Below are positions 1 to 13,939 of a stretch of 64,000 nucleotides of DNA, in pieces. Source of the DNA: an uncultured Chloroflexia bacterium (GTDB lineage Bacteria; Chloroflexota; Anaerolineae; CG2-30-64-16); NCBI GenBank assembly GCA_963810095.1, contig CAWEMM010000006.1, positions 1,248,001 to 1,312,000 on the forward strand. Direction: 5' to 3'. The position numbers and the translations under genes are program-made. Every line of letters starts with the position of its first letter. Position 1 is the stretch's first letter. The notes beneath the pieces are model-generated. The model was not told where the DNA came from, searched no databases, and was given only the letters and a program-made list of their open reading frames with translations.

Positions 1-156
1 ACGAATACGCCAACGGACACGCCGACGAGCACGCCGACGAATACGCCGACGGACACACCGACGAGCACACCAACCAATACGCCGACAAATACTCCGACGG
101 ACACGCCGACGAGCACGCCAACGAATACCCCGACGGACACGCCAACGCCGGCCTGA
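1..156 (+). CDS. 3' end of a protein with a Thr/Pro-rich (TPT[N/D/S])n tail (partial)
   Basis: Frame 1 reads TNTPTDTPTSTPTNTPTDTPTST...TPTPA then TGA at 154-156; degenerate 12-bp tandem repeat with synonymous third-position variation. Confidence 0.8.
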   Translation, partial: TNTPTDTPTSTPTNTPTDTPTSTPTNTPTNTPTDTPTSTPTNTPTDTPTPA

Positions 157-301
157 ACCCGGCTGCAGGTGTCCTGCGCGCCGCCGCTCGAATCCCGGTC
201 CCGATCGTTCAGACGCTCTTCCAGCCGTGGATTCGAGCACGGCGCCCCTCTCTGGAGCGCCGGCCGCACCCCACACCCCCTCGACGCACAAATTCACGTG
301 A

Positions 302-4114
<3,813 letters not shown>

Positions 4115-4183
4115 CGATACGCAAGACCTCAGAACCGTTTTCGAAGTCCTTCGGATTGGTCGTGTTGAAGAGGAGAATGAACC

Positions 4184-5179
4184 ATGGCTGATCTTACTAC
4201 AACCTACATGGGCCTGACCCTCAAGAGCCCGATCGTGCCGTCGGCGTCGCCGCTGTCGAAGTCGGTTGCGGGCATCGCACAGATGGCCGACGCGGGCGCG
4301 GCGGCCGTCACCATGTACTCGCTGTTCGAGGAGCAGATCACCCTCGAGGCGATCTCGCTGCACAACCGGCTGGAGCAGGGCAGCTGGAACTACGCCGAGG
4401 CGCTGACCTACTACCCGAAGGCGAGCGACTACAACCGCGGGCCCGGAAGGCTACCTGGACCTGATCCGCGAGGCGAAGAAGGCCGTGGACGTGCCGGTCA
4501 TCGGCAGCCTGAACGGCATCACGACGGGCGGCTGGATCGACTACGCGCAGAAGATCGAGCAGGCGGGCGCGGACGCGCTCGAGCTGAACGTCTACCTGAT
4601 CCCGACGATGAACGACGAGACCGGCAGCCAGGTCGAGCAGATCTACCTGGACGTGCTGCAGGCCGTCAAGAAGAGCGTGCGCATTCCGGTGGCGATGAAG
4701 CTGAGCCCCTTCTTCTCGTCGATGCCCGAACATGGCGAAGCGGCTGGACGAGGCGGGCGCGGATGCGCTCGTGCTGTTCAACCGGTTCTACCAGCCGGAC
4801 TTCGACCTGGAAGAGCTGACCGTCGACGCCGAACCTGGTGCTGAGCAAGTCGTACGAGATGCGCCTGCCGCTGCGCTGGATCGCGATCCTGTACGGCCAC
4901 CTCAAGGCGAGCATGGCGCTGACGACCGGCGTCCACACGACCGAGGACGTGGTGAAGGCGATCATGGCGGGCGCGGACGTGGTGAACGTGGCGTCGGTGC
5001 TGCTGGAGCAGGGCGCGGGCAAGATCAGCGACCTGACCCTGGGCCTGCGGCAGTGGATGGACGAGCACGAGTACGAGTCGGTGAAGCAGATGCAGGGTGC
5101 GTTGAGCCAGCGCAACTGCCCCGAGCCCGAGATGTTCGAGCGGGCGAACTACATGAAGGTGCTGGGCAGCTGGCACTAA
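4184..5179 (+). CDS. Dihydroorotate dehydrogenase-like flavoprotein (frameshifted)
   Basis: [73 protein letters not shown]; fragments 4184-4819, 4485-4844, 4732-5238, 4838-5179. Confidence 0.85.
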
Positions 5180-5264
5180 CAGTCTATCCGAAAGCCCCCC
5201 TGGCTCGGTCCGAGACCGGCCGGCGCCTTTTCCGATAGATCATAGGCCAGACCTGTCATCCCAA

Positions 5265-5311
5265 AACAACCCCCGCAGCCGCCTGCCAGCCGGCTGCGGG
5301 GGTTGTTGTTT
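5265..5311. terminator. Hairpin, probable intrinsic terminator
   Basis: AACAACCCCCGCAGCCG...CGGCTGCGGGGGTTGTT stem followed by GTTT, between the DHOD-like and YgeY-like genes. Confidence 0.6.
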
Positions 5312-5415
5312 GCGGACGCTGCAACAAGCGCATGCGCGCCACTTATGCCGTAACCACCGGCCTGTGGCCTTGTCGCCGCCGCCGGCTACCCTGATTCGCG
5401 CCCCAGGAGATCATC

Positions 5416-6589
5416 ATGCACGGAGCCTTTGTCATCCCGCCCGACACGCAGCAAGAACTCGTCGAGTTTGCCCGGCAGTTGGTGCGCATCAAAAGCCTCT
5501 CGGGCCAGGAGGGGGAAGTCCTGCGCTTCGTCGAGCAGCGGATGCTGGCGCTCGGCTATGACCGGGTGGTCTACGACGGGATGGGCAACCTGCTGGGCCG
5601 GGTGGGCGACGGACCGCGATCGATCATGTTCGACTCGCACGTCGATACGGTCGACGTGACGGACGCGGAGCAGTGGGAGCTCGAGCCGTTCAGCGGCGCC
5701 GTCGTGGACGGGCTGCTGTACGGCCGCGGCTCCGTCGATATGAAAGCATCGGTTGCCGCCAGTGTCTATGCGGGCGCGCTCGCCAAGGCCGCGGGGCTGA
5801 CGGAGGGCAAGAGCGTCTACGTCTCGTGCAGCGTCTTCGAAGAGGACTGCGACGGCGAGAACCTCAAGCACCTCTTCCACGAGCTTCAGCTCAGGCCGGA
5901 CTGCGTCATCATCTGCGAGCCGTCCTCCAACAAGATCGCGCTCGGTCACAAGGGCAAGGCGCAGATTGCCATCAAGACGCACGGCGTTTCCGCACACGGC
6001 TCGGCGCCCGAGAAGGGCGTCAACGCCATCTACGAGATGGCCGAGATCATCCAGCGGGTGGAACGGACCAACCTGGAGCTGATGAAGATGCCCGGGCCGC
6101 GCCGCACGCTGGTCATGTCGCGCATCACGAGCGTCGCAGCCTCGCTCAACGCCGTGCCCTCCGAGTGCGAGGTGTACCTGGACCGCCGCACCGTGCCCGG
6201 CGAAACGGCAGAGGACATCCGGCGGGAGATCGAAAGCCTCATCGAGGGCAAGAACGCGACCTGGGAGATCGGCGCGCTGGACCGCACCAGTTGGACCGGC
6301 ATGCCCATCCGGTACGAGCCGTTCCACCCGGCCTGGCAGATCAGCCTGGACCACGAGCTGACGCAGCGGTGCATCGCCGCCTATCGCGCCCAATTCGGCG
6401 TCGAACCGGTCGACTTCGACTTCTGGGATTTCAGCACGAATGCGGTGACCCCGGTCAGCCTGGGCATCCCGACGATCGGGTTTGGCCCCGGCGACCACAA
6501 GCTGGCGCACATGCGGAACGAAAACTGCCCGGTCACGCAGATCGTCGACGCGTGCGGCTTCTACGCGCAGCCTCATCGACCACATCTAG
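5416..6589 (+). CDS. ygeY: M20/DapE-like metallohydrolase, YgeY family (copy 1)
   Basis: RBS AGGAG; FDSHVDTV, GRGSVDMK, VFEEDCDG, ICEPS, GHKGK, SAHGSAPEKGVNAIY, WDFSTN, IGFGPG; probable frameshift near 6570 with true stop TAG 6587-6589. Confidence 0.85.
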
Positions 6590-6849
6590 CCGGGCTAAAA
6601 CTGAACTGCATGATGCGGATGGCACCTTTCAGCGTTCGAGGCCAACACCTGTATACGAGCCGCCGGTGCGACGATCAAAGTAGCACCGGCAGCCCCCAAG
6701 AGTACGCAGGTGCATGAAATTATGCCAATTAGGGATTCAATGGAAAGTGTCGGGACCCCCGTAGGGGTGGCATACATATCATAAATATATACACATCCGG
6801 TCGTATCGGCCGCGCAACACCGGGGGGATATGTATACTTTTATGATATG

Positions 6850-8582
6850 GATGCTGTTGGCGAAATGGTTCATGCCGGTGCCAGTGCTGCGAAATGAGAC
6901 ATCCTGGTTGTGGATCGAGGGACGCCGGTCAGCCAGGCGATGACACGTCTCACATTGATGGCAGCGGCCGTGATCAGGTGTTGGAAATGCGTTTTGGCTA
7001 ATCCGCGATAGCGGCTGCGGCGCATATCGAGCTTATCGGTGGCTTGGCCGATGGTTCCTTCGATGCCAGATCGGATGGTATACGCTTCCTTGAATTCGGC
7101 AGTTGCCTGGCGCTGGCGTGCCGCTTGAAGAGCGAGTTGTTGCTCTTTGGGCTGCAAAGTCAAGCCGCGGGGCGTGGACGCACTTTTCGTGCAGCGCGCC
7201 CGGCTTGCGCAGGCCAGACAGTCTTTTTCGCCAAAGTGTACCTGGAGGGTGGGCTTGCCCCGTGGTCCTTTGGCGGGCCACCAGCAGCGGCTGGTTTTGC
7301 CCATCGGACAGATTACGACATGGCGTTCCCAATCAATTTTGAATTGGGTAATATCAAACGCCTGCGGGTCTTGGCGCTGCCAACTCACGTCAGGACGGAC
7401 AGGCCCGAGCAAATCAACGCCGTACTTGTCCTGGCTGCTCACTAACAGTTCGGCGGAGGGATATCCAGCGTCAACGAGGTGTTGGCTGGGCAGAAGTTCC
7501 TTTGTTTCCAGAGCCGCATGAACCCGTTCCACGACCATGTTGTCCTGCTCTGTGGCAGGGGTCGTCTCAACATGCGTGATCAAGTTGGGACGATCCGGCT
7601 CACAGGTCTCAGTCAGATGGACCTTGTAACCGTGCCAGAAGGTCTCGCGCTTGACTGAAGAGCACGCTTCTTCGTCGTAAGGCGAGACGATTGCTTGGCA
7701 GCTGGGTGGGGAGTTCTTCTCGTCTCGCCAGGAAAGGCGGTCGTCTTCCAGGTAATAGTTCTGTATCCACACCCGGCGTAGGGTTTCCACGGCCGGGACA
7801 CGGCGCAGATGATTTGGCGCAGATGCTGCCCACACCTGGCGCAGAAGCTGGGAGCCATCACGGCCGATTTGTTCGGCCAATGCCAGTTGTTCGGCGTCGC
7901 TTCTGGGCAAGCGAAAGCCGGTCGGGCGCTGGCTGTAGCGCTCGAACCAGTCAGGTTGGATGCATGTACGCAGCCAGTCGGGAGCCAACTGCGCTAATAC
8001 ATCCAAAGCGTGGTAGAGCGTTTCGCTGACCAATTCAACCCGGTTCAGCTTGCGCACCGCTGCCACGATATGCGTCGAGTCGGTTCGCTGGCGGGTGCGC
8101 GCTTTGAGCCAGCCACGTTCCTTAAACAGCTTGAGCAGCGCTTCAAATAGCAGGTTCTCTGCCTGACAGCTGATCAAGCGACAGCGGAACTCGCACAATA
8201 CGGAGTAGTGGAAGCCAGCATCGGTGAGTTCGAGACCCAAGGCGTACTTCCAGTCAATGCGACTGCGCACAGCATCCGCAGCTTGCCGATCCGTGAGATT
8301 CTCGGCAAACTGCATGATGGTGACCAATGCCAAGCGCCATGGCGTCTCGCAAGGCTGACCCCGCCGAGGGTAGAAAGCAGCAAATTGCTCGTCGCGAAAC
8401 ACGGTGCCCAACTCGTCACGGAACCGCATGCACCAATTGTCGTCTGGAAACACGGCACGCGCTACTTGCGCCGTTTGCTCTGGAATGGCAAAGTCGTCGC
8501 TCGGCTGGAGACACATCTTTCACCTCCTGCTCGGAGGTTCAATTATACATCGGCACGGCGACTCGAATTCGCCAACAGCATC
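6850..8582 (-). mobile_element. IS1182-family insertion sequence, 1733 bp
   Basis: 15-bp terminal inverted repeats GATGCTGTTGGCGAA (6850-6864) and TTCGCCAACAGCATC (8568-8582); ATATG duplicated at 6845-6849 and 8583-8587; lower GC than the flanking genes. Confidence 0.92.
6870..8516 (-). CDS. IS1182-family DDE transposase, intact 548 aa
   Basis: LTDRQAADAVRSRIDWKYALGL, RTDSTH, GYKVHLTETC, HLVDAGY, YTIRSGIEGTI, RSRYRGLAKTH; RBS AGGAGG. Confidence 0.93.
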   Translation of the reverse strand: MCLQPSDDFAIPEQTAQVARAVFPDDNWCMRFRDELGTVFRDEQFAAFYPRRGQPCETPWRLALVTIMQFAENLTDRQAADAVRSRIDWKYALGLELTDAGFHYSVLCEFRCRLISCQAENLLFEALLKLFKERGWLKARTRQRTDSTHIVAAVRKLNRVELVSETLYHALDVLAQLAPDWLRTCIQPDWFERYSQRPTGFRLPRSDAEQLALAEQIGRDGSQLLRQVWAASAPNHLRRVPAVETLRRVWIQNYYLEDDRLSWRDEKNSPPSCQAIVSPYDEEACSSVKRETFWHGYKVHLTETCEPDRPNLITHVETTPATEQDNMVVERVHAALETKELLPSQHLVDAGYPSAELLVSSQDKYGVDLLGPVRPDVSWQRQDPQAFDITQFKIDWERHVVICPMGKTSRCWWPAKGPRGKPTLQVHFGEKDCLACASRARCTKSASTPRGLTLQPKEQQLALQAARQRQATAEFKEAYTIRSGIEGTIGQATDKLDMRRSRYRGLAKTHFQHLITAAAINVRRVIAWLTGVPRSTTRMSHFAALAPA

Positions 8583-8729
8583 ATATGTATGCCACTCCTG
8601 CTGGCTGAGCCGGTTGTGCAGAGGCATTGTAAAGTGGCAAAAGTCGTGTCGTATCTGAACATGGCCGGTCGCTGACCGTGCCCCGTTTGGCCCGGACGCC
8701 AGCGCATTTCCGGATCGATTGTTAGTAGC

Positions 8730-8852
8730 TTGGAACGCGAAGCCGCGAAGGTGGACGAAGATCGTGAAACGCGAAGTGCGCGAAGCATGCGCGGCACGGC
8801 GGCGGCCTTCGCGCTTCGCGTCTTCGCCACGCTTCGCGGCTTCGTGTTCCAA
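8730..8852. repeat. Periodic palindrome with GCGAAG-type units
   Basis: TTGGAACGCGAAGCCGCGAAG...CTTCGCGGCTTCGTGTTCCAA; arms made of 8-10 nt tandem units. Confidence 0.75.
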
Positions 8853-9004
8853 ACGCTCGGCGTTCGCGAGATCTTGCACCGTGCCCCGCTCTCAATTCAG
8901 CCTTGACCCAGCGCGCCTCTAAACCAGTCGCAAAATGAGCCTGCCTACACTGCGAGTCCTTGCCACCTTGCGATGAGTTCAGGCATCTGTCCGGCTTGTG
9001 GCAG

Positions 9005-9230
9005 GGCGACATCGCTTTTGCCACTTTTCGATGCTCTATCATTCGCGCCGTATCGCCCAGAGGTGGCATAATAATCATAAAAGTATAAACATCCCAAAGA
9101 ACACAGATCCCCCCGGCGGTGCCCGGCCGGCACGGTGAGATGTTTATATCTTTATGATTATTATGCCACATCCACGGGGGGTCTCGCAAATGCCAATACA
9201 TCCAAAACTGGCAGCTTCTCATGCGCCTAA
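9005..9230 (-). repeat. AT-rich palindromic element copy B, uninterrupted and inverted relative to copy A
   Basis: GTGGCATAATAATCATAAAAGTATAAACATC (9063)...GATGTTTATATCTTTATGATTATTATGCCAC (9169); on the minus strand it shares the GACCCCC flank and AAAGTGGCAAAAG with copy A. Confidence 0.75.
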
Positions 9231-9260
9231 ATGAATCGCACGCTGAAACTGCGACCTGGC

Positions 9261-9291
9261 GGCCTGCGAGGTCTCCGAGGCCCCGCAGGTC
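9261..9291. repeat. Short REP-like hairpin
   Basis: GGCCTGCGAGGTCTCCGAGGCCCCGCAGGTC imperfect inverted repeat. Confidence 0.5.
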
Positions 9292-9377
9292 GGGCCGCAA
9301 GTTCATGCGGCCTTTAGTTTAGTCGTAAAATGACCGGGTTGAACTCCGGCGGCCTGCATCGGCCCTGAGCGCAAACC

Positions 9378-9413
9378 GTGGGGGCGAGGCACCAGAGGGC
9401 GCCTCGCCCTTAC
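9378..9413. repeat. REP-like hairpin, GTAGGGGCGAGGCA family
   Basis: GTGGGGGCGAGGCACC-AGAG-GGCGCCTCGCCCTTAC; related to the copy at 34410-34474. Confidence 0.65.
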
Positions 9414-9536
9414 ATGACCGGGTTTCGTTAGGTGTTCCTAGTCGCCCTAAACGACACATGGCGGACGTTTCGAGGCTGTTCCGAACACCTCTCACGCCCG
9501 CCATGCGACCACAACCTGTTATGGTACCGGCTACCG

Positions 9537-10556
9537 CTATCCTTCGATCTGCTTCACTGCCTCGGCCGGCGACATGTCCGCATAGACCACGGCCATCAGC
9601 CCCGCCATATACTTGTCCATCATCAAGACGTTCGTGTAAATCAGCGGCCGCAGCAAGCTCGTCGTGATTTCCGTATCGGTTACGTCCACGCTGGTCTTGT
9701 AGCGGACCTCGCCGTCGTTGAAGTCGAGTTCGAAATTACCAAGCGCCATGCCGTAGTTCGCCCGGGTGATGAACTCGGCGATGGCAGTCATCTTGTCGGC
9801 CGGCACGTTCAGCGGCAGCACCGAGTAAAACAGGATCTGCTCCACATCGCGCGTGGTCCGGATTTGAGCGTAACAATTCCAACGGCCGCCCTTGCCCTGG
9901 AACGGCAGGCGCACGATGGGCCGCTCGGGCATTTGCTCGAAGCTCCAGCCGTCTTCGGTGAAGAAAGCAGCCACGGCCTCCAGCGCCCGCAAAGGCGAGC
10001 GCGTCTCACCCGACGTGGTTGCCGGCCCCAGCGACAGCTGCGGATTGGTCGGCGTCAGGCGCCCGCCGGCCTCGTCATCGTCCCCCTCGTCGGCCTCATC
10101 TTCATCCATCGCCACCGGCGCGACCGCGGCGACCAGCCGCGCGCCCAGCTCCGCCATGTTATCGTGCAGATACGCAAACACGAGGCGCACTTCCTCAAAA
10201 CGCTCGTCGGCGCCGTTCGCTTCCCAGTGGCAAATCGAGCGGGTTTCGCCCCCGGCGTTCGTAATGCTGAGACGCGTGCAAATCTCGTCCGCACCCGGCT
10301 CACGCTCGCCGTCTCCGAGTGCAAGCACGTCGTTCTTCAGCATGGCTTCGAAAATGCCCGGCACCCGCTCGTCGTCGAGCTGCAGCCGGTAGGTCTCCGC
10401 CGAGCGATCCAGATCGACTATCTTAACAAAAGCTGTCCCGTCGCCGTAGACCGTGATGGACTGGCCGCCCCACACATCGTGGATGTCGTCCAGTTCCACC
10501 TTGGCCGTTCGCCACGTGTCCCGGCTGCCCAGGAAACTTTCGGTTATTGGTTCCAT
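9537..10556 (-). CDS. Protein with C-terminal YbjN-like domain and unknown N-terminal domain
   Basis: C-terminal IAEFITRANYGMALGNFELDFNDGEVRYKTSVD is typical of the YbjN family; acidic linker; start placed at MEPITES after GGAGG. Confidence 0.75.
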   Translation of the reverse strand: MEPITESFLGSRDTWRTAKVELDDIHDVWGGQSITVYGDGTAFVKIVDLDRSAETYRLQLDDERVPGIFEAMLKNDVLALGDGEREPGADEICTRLSITNAGGETRSICHWEANGADERFEEVRLVFAYLHDNMAELGARLVAAVAPVAMDEDEADEGDDDEAGGRLTPTNPQLSLGPATTSGETRSPLRALEAVAAFFTEDGWSFEQMPERPIVRLPFQGKGGRWNCYAQIRTTRDVEQILFYSVLPLNVPADKMTAIAEFITRANYGMALGNFELDFNDGEVRYKTSVDVTDTEITTSLLRPLIYTNVLMMDKYMAGLMAVVYADMSPAEAVKQIEG

Positions 10557-10713
10557 CTGTCTGCCTCCCACACTCACTTCACGCCGTTCCTTGTGCTACT
10601 TTACCTAACCACACATTAGACTCCGCTCAAGGTATGCCCGGTTCCAATAACAGGTTGCCATAAGGTACTGATAAGGAACCCTGAGAGCAACCTTAAGAAG
10701 CGCGAATTGGTTC

Positions 10714-10774
10714 TTGACATGGCAGCTTGTTCGTGATACTCTGAACACAATTCGTCAGACGACTACCGTCTGAC
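10714..10774 (+). promoter_or_regulatory. Sigma70-type promoter and putative GntR operator
   Basis: TTGACA (10714-10719), 17 bp, TACTCT (10737-10742) preceded by TGn; palindrome GTCAGAC-N7-GTCTGAC at 10754-10774. Confidence 0.65.
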
Positions 10775-10790
10775 ATACAGGACTGCGTCA

Positions 10791-11564
10791 ATGGTGCGCC
10801 GGAACATCCCTCTCGTCGAACAGGTCATCCTCGAGCTCCTCGCCGATATCGACCGGGGCGAATTCGTGCGCTCCAATGGCATGCTGCCCTCGGAAGCCGA
10901 GCTGGCGCAGCATTTCGCGGTCAGTCGCGCCACCGTGCGCGATGCGCTCTCCCGGCTGGAAGCCACCGGCGTCGTGATCCGGCGCCAGGGCGTCGGCACG
11001 TTTGTCAACCCGTTTCTCAGCAAGCATCCCGCCGCCCTACAAGATTGGTTCGAAGAAGCTCACGGCTTTGTCGATGCACTGCGCAATATGGGCCGCAATC
11101 CGGAAATCCTGGTCCAGCGCTCGGTGCTCGAGCCCGCAGGCGAAATGGGCCGCCATCTGCATCTTTCACCCGAGGATCCGGTCATTGTCGTGGAGAAGGT
11201 CATTACGTCGGCCGGCGCACCGTTGATTTATAGCATCAACGCGTCCCCGCTGGCGCTGCTGCCGGCCGAGCTGCAGCCGCAAGGGCCCGCACTGGCGGGC
11301 AGCTGCGAATCGACCTTCCGCTTTCTCGAAGAACACTGCCACTGCCGGGTGCACCATCAGCAAAGCGAAATCCGCTCGGTCTTAACCGGCGACAAGCTGG
11401 CCTCGCTTCTCGCCTGCCGGGCGGGCGACCCGTGTCTGCAGGTCGAAGAGGTCGCCTACAGCGCGGACCTGGCGCCGTTGTTTTACGGCCTGAACCATTT
11501 TCGCGGCGACACGGTCAGTTTTCGGCAGATTCGGCGGCCGACGCTTAGCCTCAGCACGCTTTAG
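10791..11564 (+). CDS. GntR-family (HutC/UTRA) transcriptional regulator 1
   Basis: LPSEAELAQHFAVSRATVRDAL...RQGVGTFV winged HTH plus UTRA-like C-terminus. Confidence 0.92.
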   Translation: MVRRNIPLVEQVILELLADIDRGEFVRSNGMLPSEAELAQHFAVSRATVRDALSRLEATGVVIRRQGVGTFVNPFLSKHPAALQDWFEEAHGFVDALRNMGRNPEILVQRSVLEPAGEMGRHLHLSPEDPVIVVEKVITSAGAPLIYSINASPLALLPAELQPQGPALAGSCESTFRFLEEHCHCRVHHQQSEIRSVLTGDKLASLLACRAGDPCLQVEEVAYSADLAPLFYGLNHFRGDTVSFRQIRRPTLSLSTL

Positions 11565-11661
11565 GCCGTAGGCCCATCTACACTTGCACTCGTCGGGCGA
11601 CACGTGGTGCGCACGCACCGCCGGGTGCGCATGCACCGCTCAGCCAGACCCGGAGGTCCAA

Positions 11662-12924
11662 ATGCAAGAAACCAAAGGGAGAACAGGCGGCAACCCGCCG
11701 CCAGGCCGTTCCATTGGCGATTTTCTGAGCGCGGCGATGACCGTCCTGCTGCCGCTGCTGGCGTTGCTGGCCGCGCTGCTGGTCGGGGCCGTCTTGCTGG
11801 CGCTGCTGGGGGTCAACCCGCTCCCGGCCTACGGCTCAATGGTCAGCGGCGTATTCGGCAGCGTCTCCGGCTTGACCCAGTCCATCGTCAAGGCCACGCC
11901 GCTGCTGCTCGTCGGCCTCGGCATTTGTATCGCCTTCCGGGCCAGCGTGATCAACATCGGCGCGGAAGGGCAGATCATCCTCGGCGCGCTGGCCGCCACG
12001 TGGTTTGCGCTGGCGTTCCGGACGCTGCCCCCGCTGCTCCTCCTGCCCCTCACGCTCATCTTTGGCTTCCTGGGCGGGTCCATGTGGGGGTTCGTGCCCG
12101 GCGTTCTGAAGGCCCGGCTCGGCGTAAACGAAATCCTCAGCACGGTCATGCTGAACGCCATCGCGCTCCAGCTCATGAACGCGCTCATCCGGGGCCCGCT
12201 GATGGACCCCGCCGGGATCAAAGCGGGGACGTTCCTGGCCCAGTCCGAGCGGCTGCCGGAAGCAGCATGGCTGCCGCGGCTCATCCCGCAGACCCTGCTG
12301 CACTCGGGCGCGATCCTCGCGGTGCTGCTGGCCTTCGTGGTGTACATCTTCCTCTGGCGCACGACCATCGGCTATCGGATTCGAGCCGTCGGCTTGAACC
12401 CGGACGCCTCGAAATACGCGGGCATCAGCGTCCCGTTTTACCAGGCGCTGTCGCTGACGCTGGCAGGCGGCTTTGCGGGCCTGGCCGGGGCAGTCGAGGT
12501 TCTCGGCGTGCACCACCGGCTGCTCGAGGGCATTACCTCGAGCTACGGCTTCTCGGGCATCGTAGCCGCCCTCTTCGGCGGGCTGCACCCCCTGGGCACG
12601 ATCCCGGCCTCCTGGCTGTTCGGCGCCCTTCTCGTCGGCGCAGACAAGATGCAGCGCGCCGTGCAGGTCCCGTCCGCGCTGATCGACGTCATGCTCGGCC
12701 TGATCGTGCTGTTCGTGGTCGGCTCGCAACAATGGGCGCGCAAGTGGCAAGCCAAGCGTGCCGCACGGATGGCGTCTGGCAACGCAGGCGCAGCGGGTGC
12801 GCCGGCCGGCGGCGAGACGAGCACCACGCCGCCCAGTTCGCAGCGCGTCACGCCGGTCGTCCAGGCTAACAACTACTCCGGCGCCCCCGCCGGGTCCAGT
12901 GCGCCAGCGCAGGAGGTGGGCTGA
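11662..12924 (+). CDS. Nucleoside/purine-type (CUT2) ABC transporter permease 1
   Basis: ATPLLLVGLG, NIGAEGQ, VNEILSTVMLN, RAVGLNPDAS, GFSGIVAALFG; multiple TM segments; RBS GGAGG. Confidence 0.9.
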   Translation: MQETKGRTGGNPPPGRSIGDFLSAAMTVLLPLLALLAALLVGAVLLALLGVNPLPAYGSMVSGVFGSVSGLTQSIVKATPLLLVGLGICIAFRASVINIGAEGQIILGALAATWFALAFRTLPPLLLLPLTLIFGFLGGSMWGFVPGVLKARLGVNEILSTVMLNAIALQLMNALIRGPLMDPAGIKAGTFLAQSERLPEAAWLPRLIPQTLLHSGAILAVLLAFVVYIFLWRTTIGYRIRAVGLNPDASKYAGISVPFYQALSLTLAGGFAGLAGAVEVLGVHHRLLEGITSSYGFSGIVAALFGGLHPLGTIPASWLFGALLVGADKMQRAVQVPSALIDVMLGLIVLFVVGSQQWARKWQAKRAARMASGNAGAAGAPAGGETSTTPPSSQRVTPVVQANNYSGAPAGSSAPAQEVG

Positions 12925-13856
12925 TGGAACAGGTTCTCACCGTTGCAACCCTGGTCGGTATCCTGTCATCTGCAATCCGTCTCGCGACGCCCTACCTGTT
13001 TGCGGCCATCGGCGAGAACTTCGGCCAGGTCTCCGGCGTCGTCAACCTGGGCGTCGACGGGATCATGCTCCTCGGCGCGTTCGTCGCGATCGCGGTGGCG
13101 CTGGGCACGGGCAGCCTGTGGCTGGGCGTGCTGGCGGCCGTCGTCGTCGGCATCCTCATGGGCCTGCTGATGTCGTTCATCAGCGTGACCCTCAAGGCCG
13201 AGCAGGGCATCAGCGGCATCGGCCTTTACATGTTTGGCCTGGGCCTGTCCGCCCTGCTCTTCAAGGTCTACTTTGGCACCGTCAAGACCATCGTCGGCTT
13301 CCAGCCCATCCGCATCCCGGTTCTGGGCAACATCCCCGTCGTCGGCGAGGTGTTCTTCAACCAGAGCATCGTGGTCTATGCCGCGTTCCTGCTCGTGCCC
13401 GTGGCCTGGCTCATCCTGGAGAAGACGACCTGGGGCCTGAAGCTGAAGGCCGTGGGGCAGAACCCCGCCGCAGCCGACTCGCTCGGCGTCGGCGTCAACC
13501 GCACCCGCTACGTGGCAGTTTGCGTGGGCTCGGCCCTGGCGGGCGTCGCGGGAGCCTCGCTCTCGCTCGCCATGGTCAACCTGTTCCAGGAGAATCTCAC
13601 CGCCGGCATGGGCTTCATCGCAGTGGCCCTGGTCTACTTCGGCGGGTGGAAGCCCGTGGGCATCATGCTCGGCGCCCTGCTGTTTAGCTCGGTGAACGCG
13701 CTGCAGCTGTGGATGCAGGTCCTCGGCGTCGGCATTCCCTCCGACATCGCGGTCATGCTGCCCTACATCCTGACCATCGTCGCCCTGGCCTTCACCGTCA
13801 GCCGCACGCGCCAGCCCGCCACGCTTAACAAGCCCTTCGAAAGAGGGGAAGCCTAG
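12924..13856 (+). CDS. Nucleoside/purine-type ABC transporter permease 2
   Basis: ATPYLFAAIGE, SGVVNLGVDG, AVGQNPAAADSLG, GMGFIAVA, LPYILTIVAL; TGATG overlap with the upstream gene. Confidence 0.92.
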   Translation: MEQVLTVATLVGILSSAIRLATPYLFAAIGENFGQVSGVVNLGVDGIMLLGAFVAIAVALGTGSLWLGVLAAVVVGILMGLLMSFISVTLKAEQGISGIGLYMFGLGLSALLFKVYFGTVKTIVGFQPIRIPVLGNIPVVGEVFFNQSIVVYAAFLLVPVAWLILEKTTWGLKLKAVGQNPAAADSLGVGVNRTRYVAVCVGSALAGVAGASLSLAMVNLFQENLTAGMGFIAVALVYFGGWKPVGIMLGALLFSSVNALQLWMQVLGVGIPSDIAVMLPYILTIVALAFTVSRTRQPATLNKPFERGEA

Positions 13857-13939
13857 TCAACCCCGCCCGGTGCGGGCCGGCGGGCAGTGCCTGCCGGCCC
13901 GCACCGGGAAAGTGCATTTACCCAACTCAGGAGGAAGGT

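Larger units (their letters stand above)
6709..8660 (+). repeat. AT-rich palindromic element copy A (about 220 bp once the IS is removed), interrupted by IS1182
   Basis: Left arm AGGGGTGGCATACATATCATAAATATATACACATCC from 6763; right arm GGATATGTATACTTTTATGATATG|IS|TATGCCACTCCT ending 8599; flanks align with copy B. Confidence 0.75.

Noticed and set aside
1-156. Tandem repeat as CRISPR or non-coding VNTR
   Set aside because: 12-bp period with synonymous variation encoding a Thr-Pro tail; no spacers or cas genes.
8520-9504. ORFs in the tract right of the IS (8520-8879, 8722-9306, 9319-9504)
   Set aside because: They translate repeat and palindrome DNA and show no RBS or motif support.
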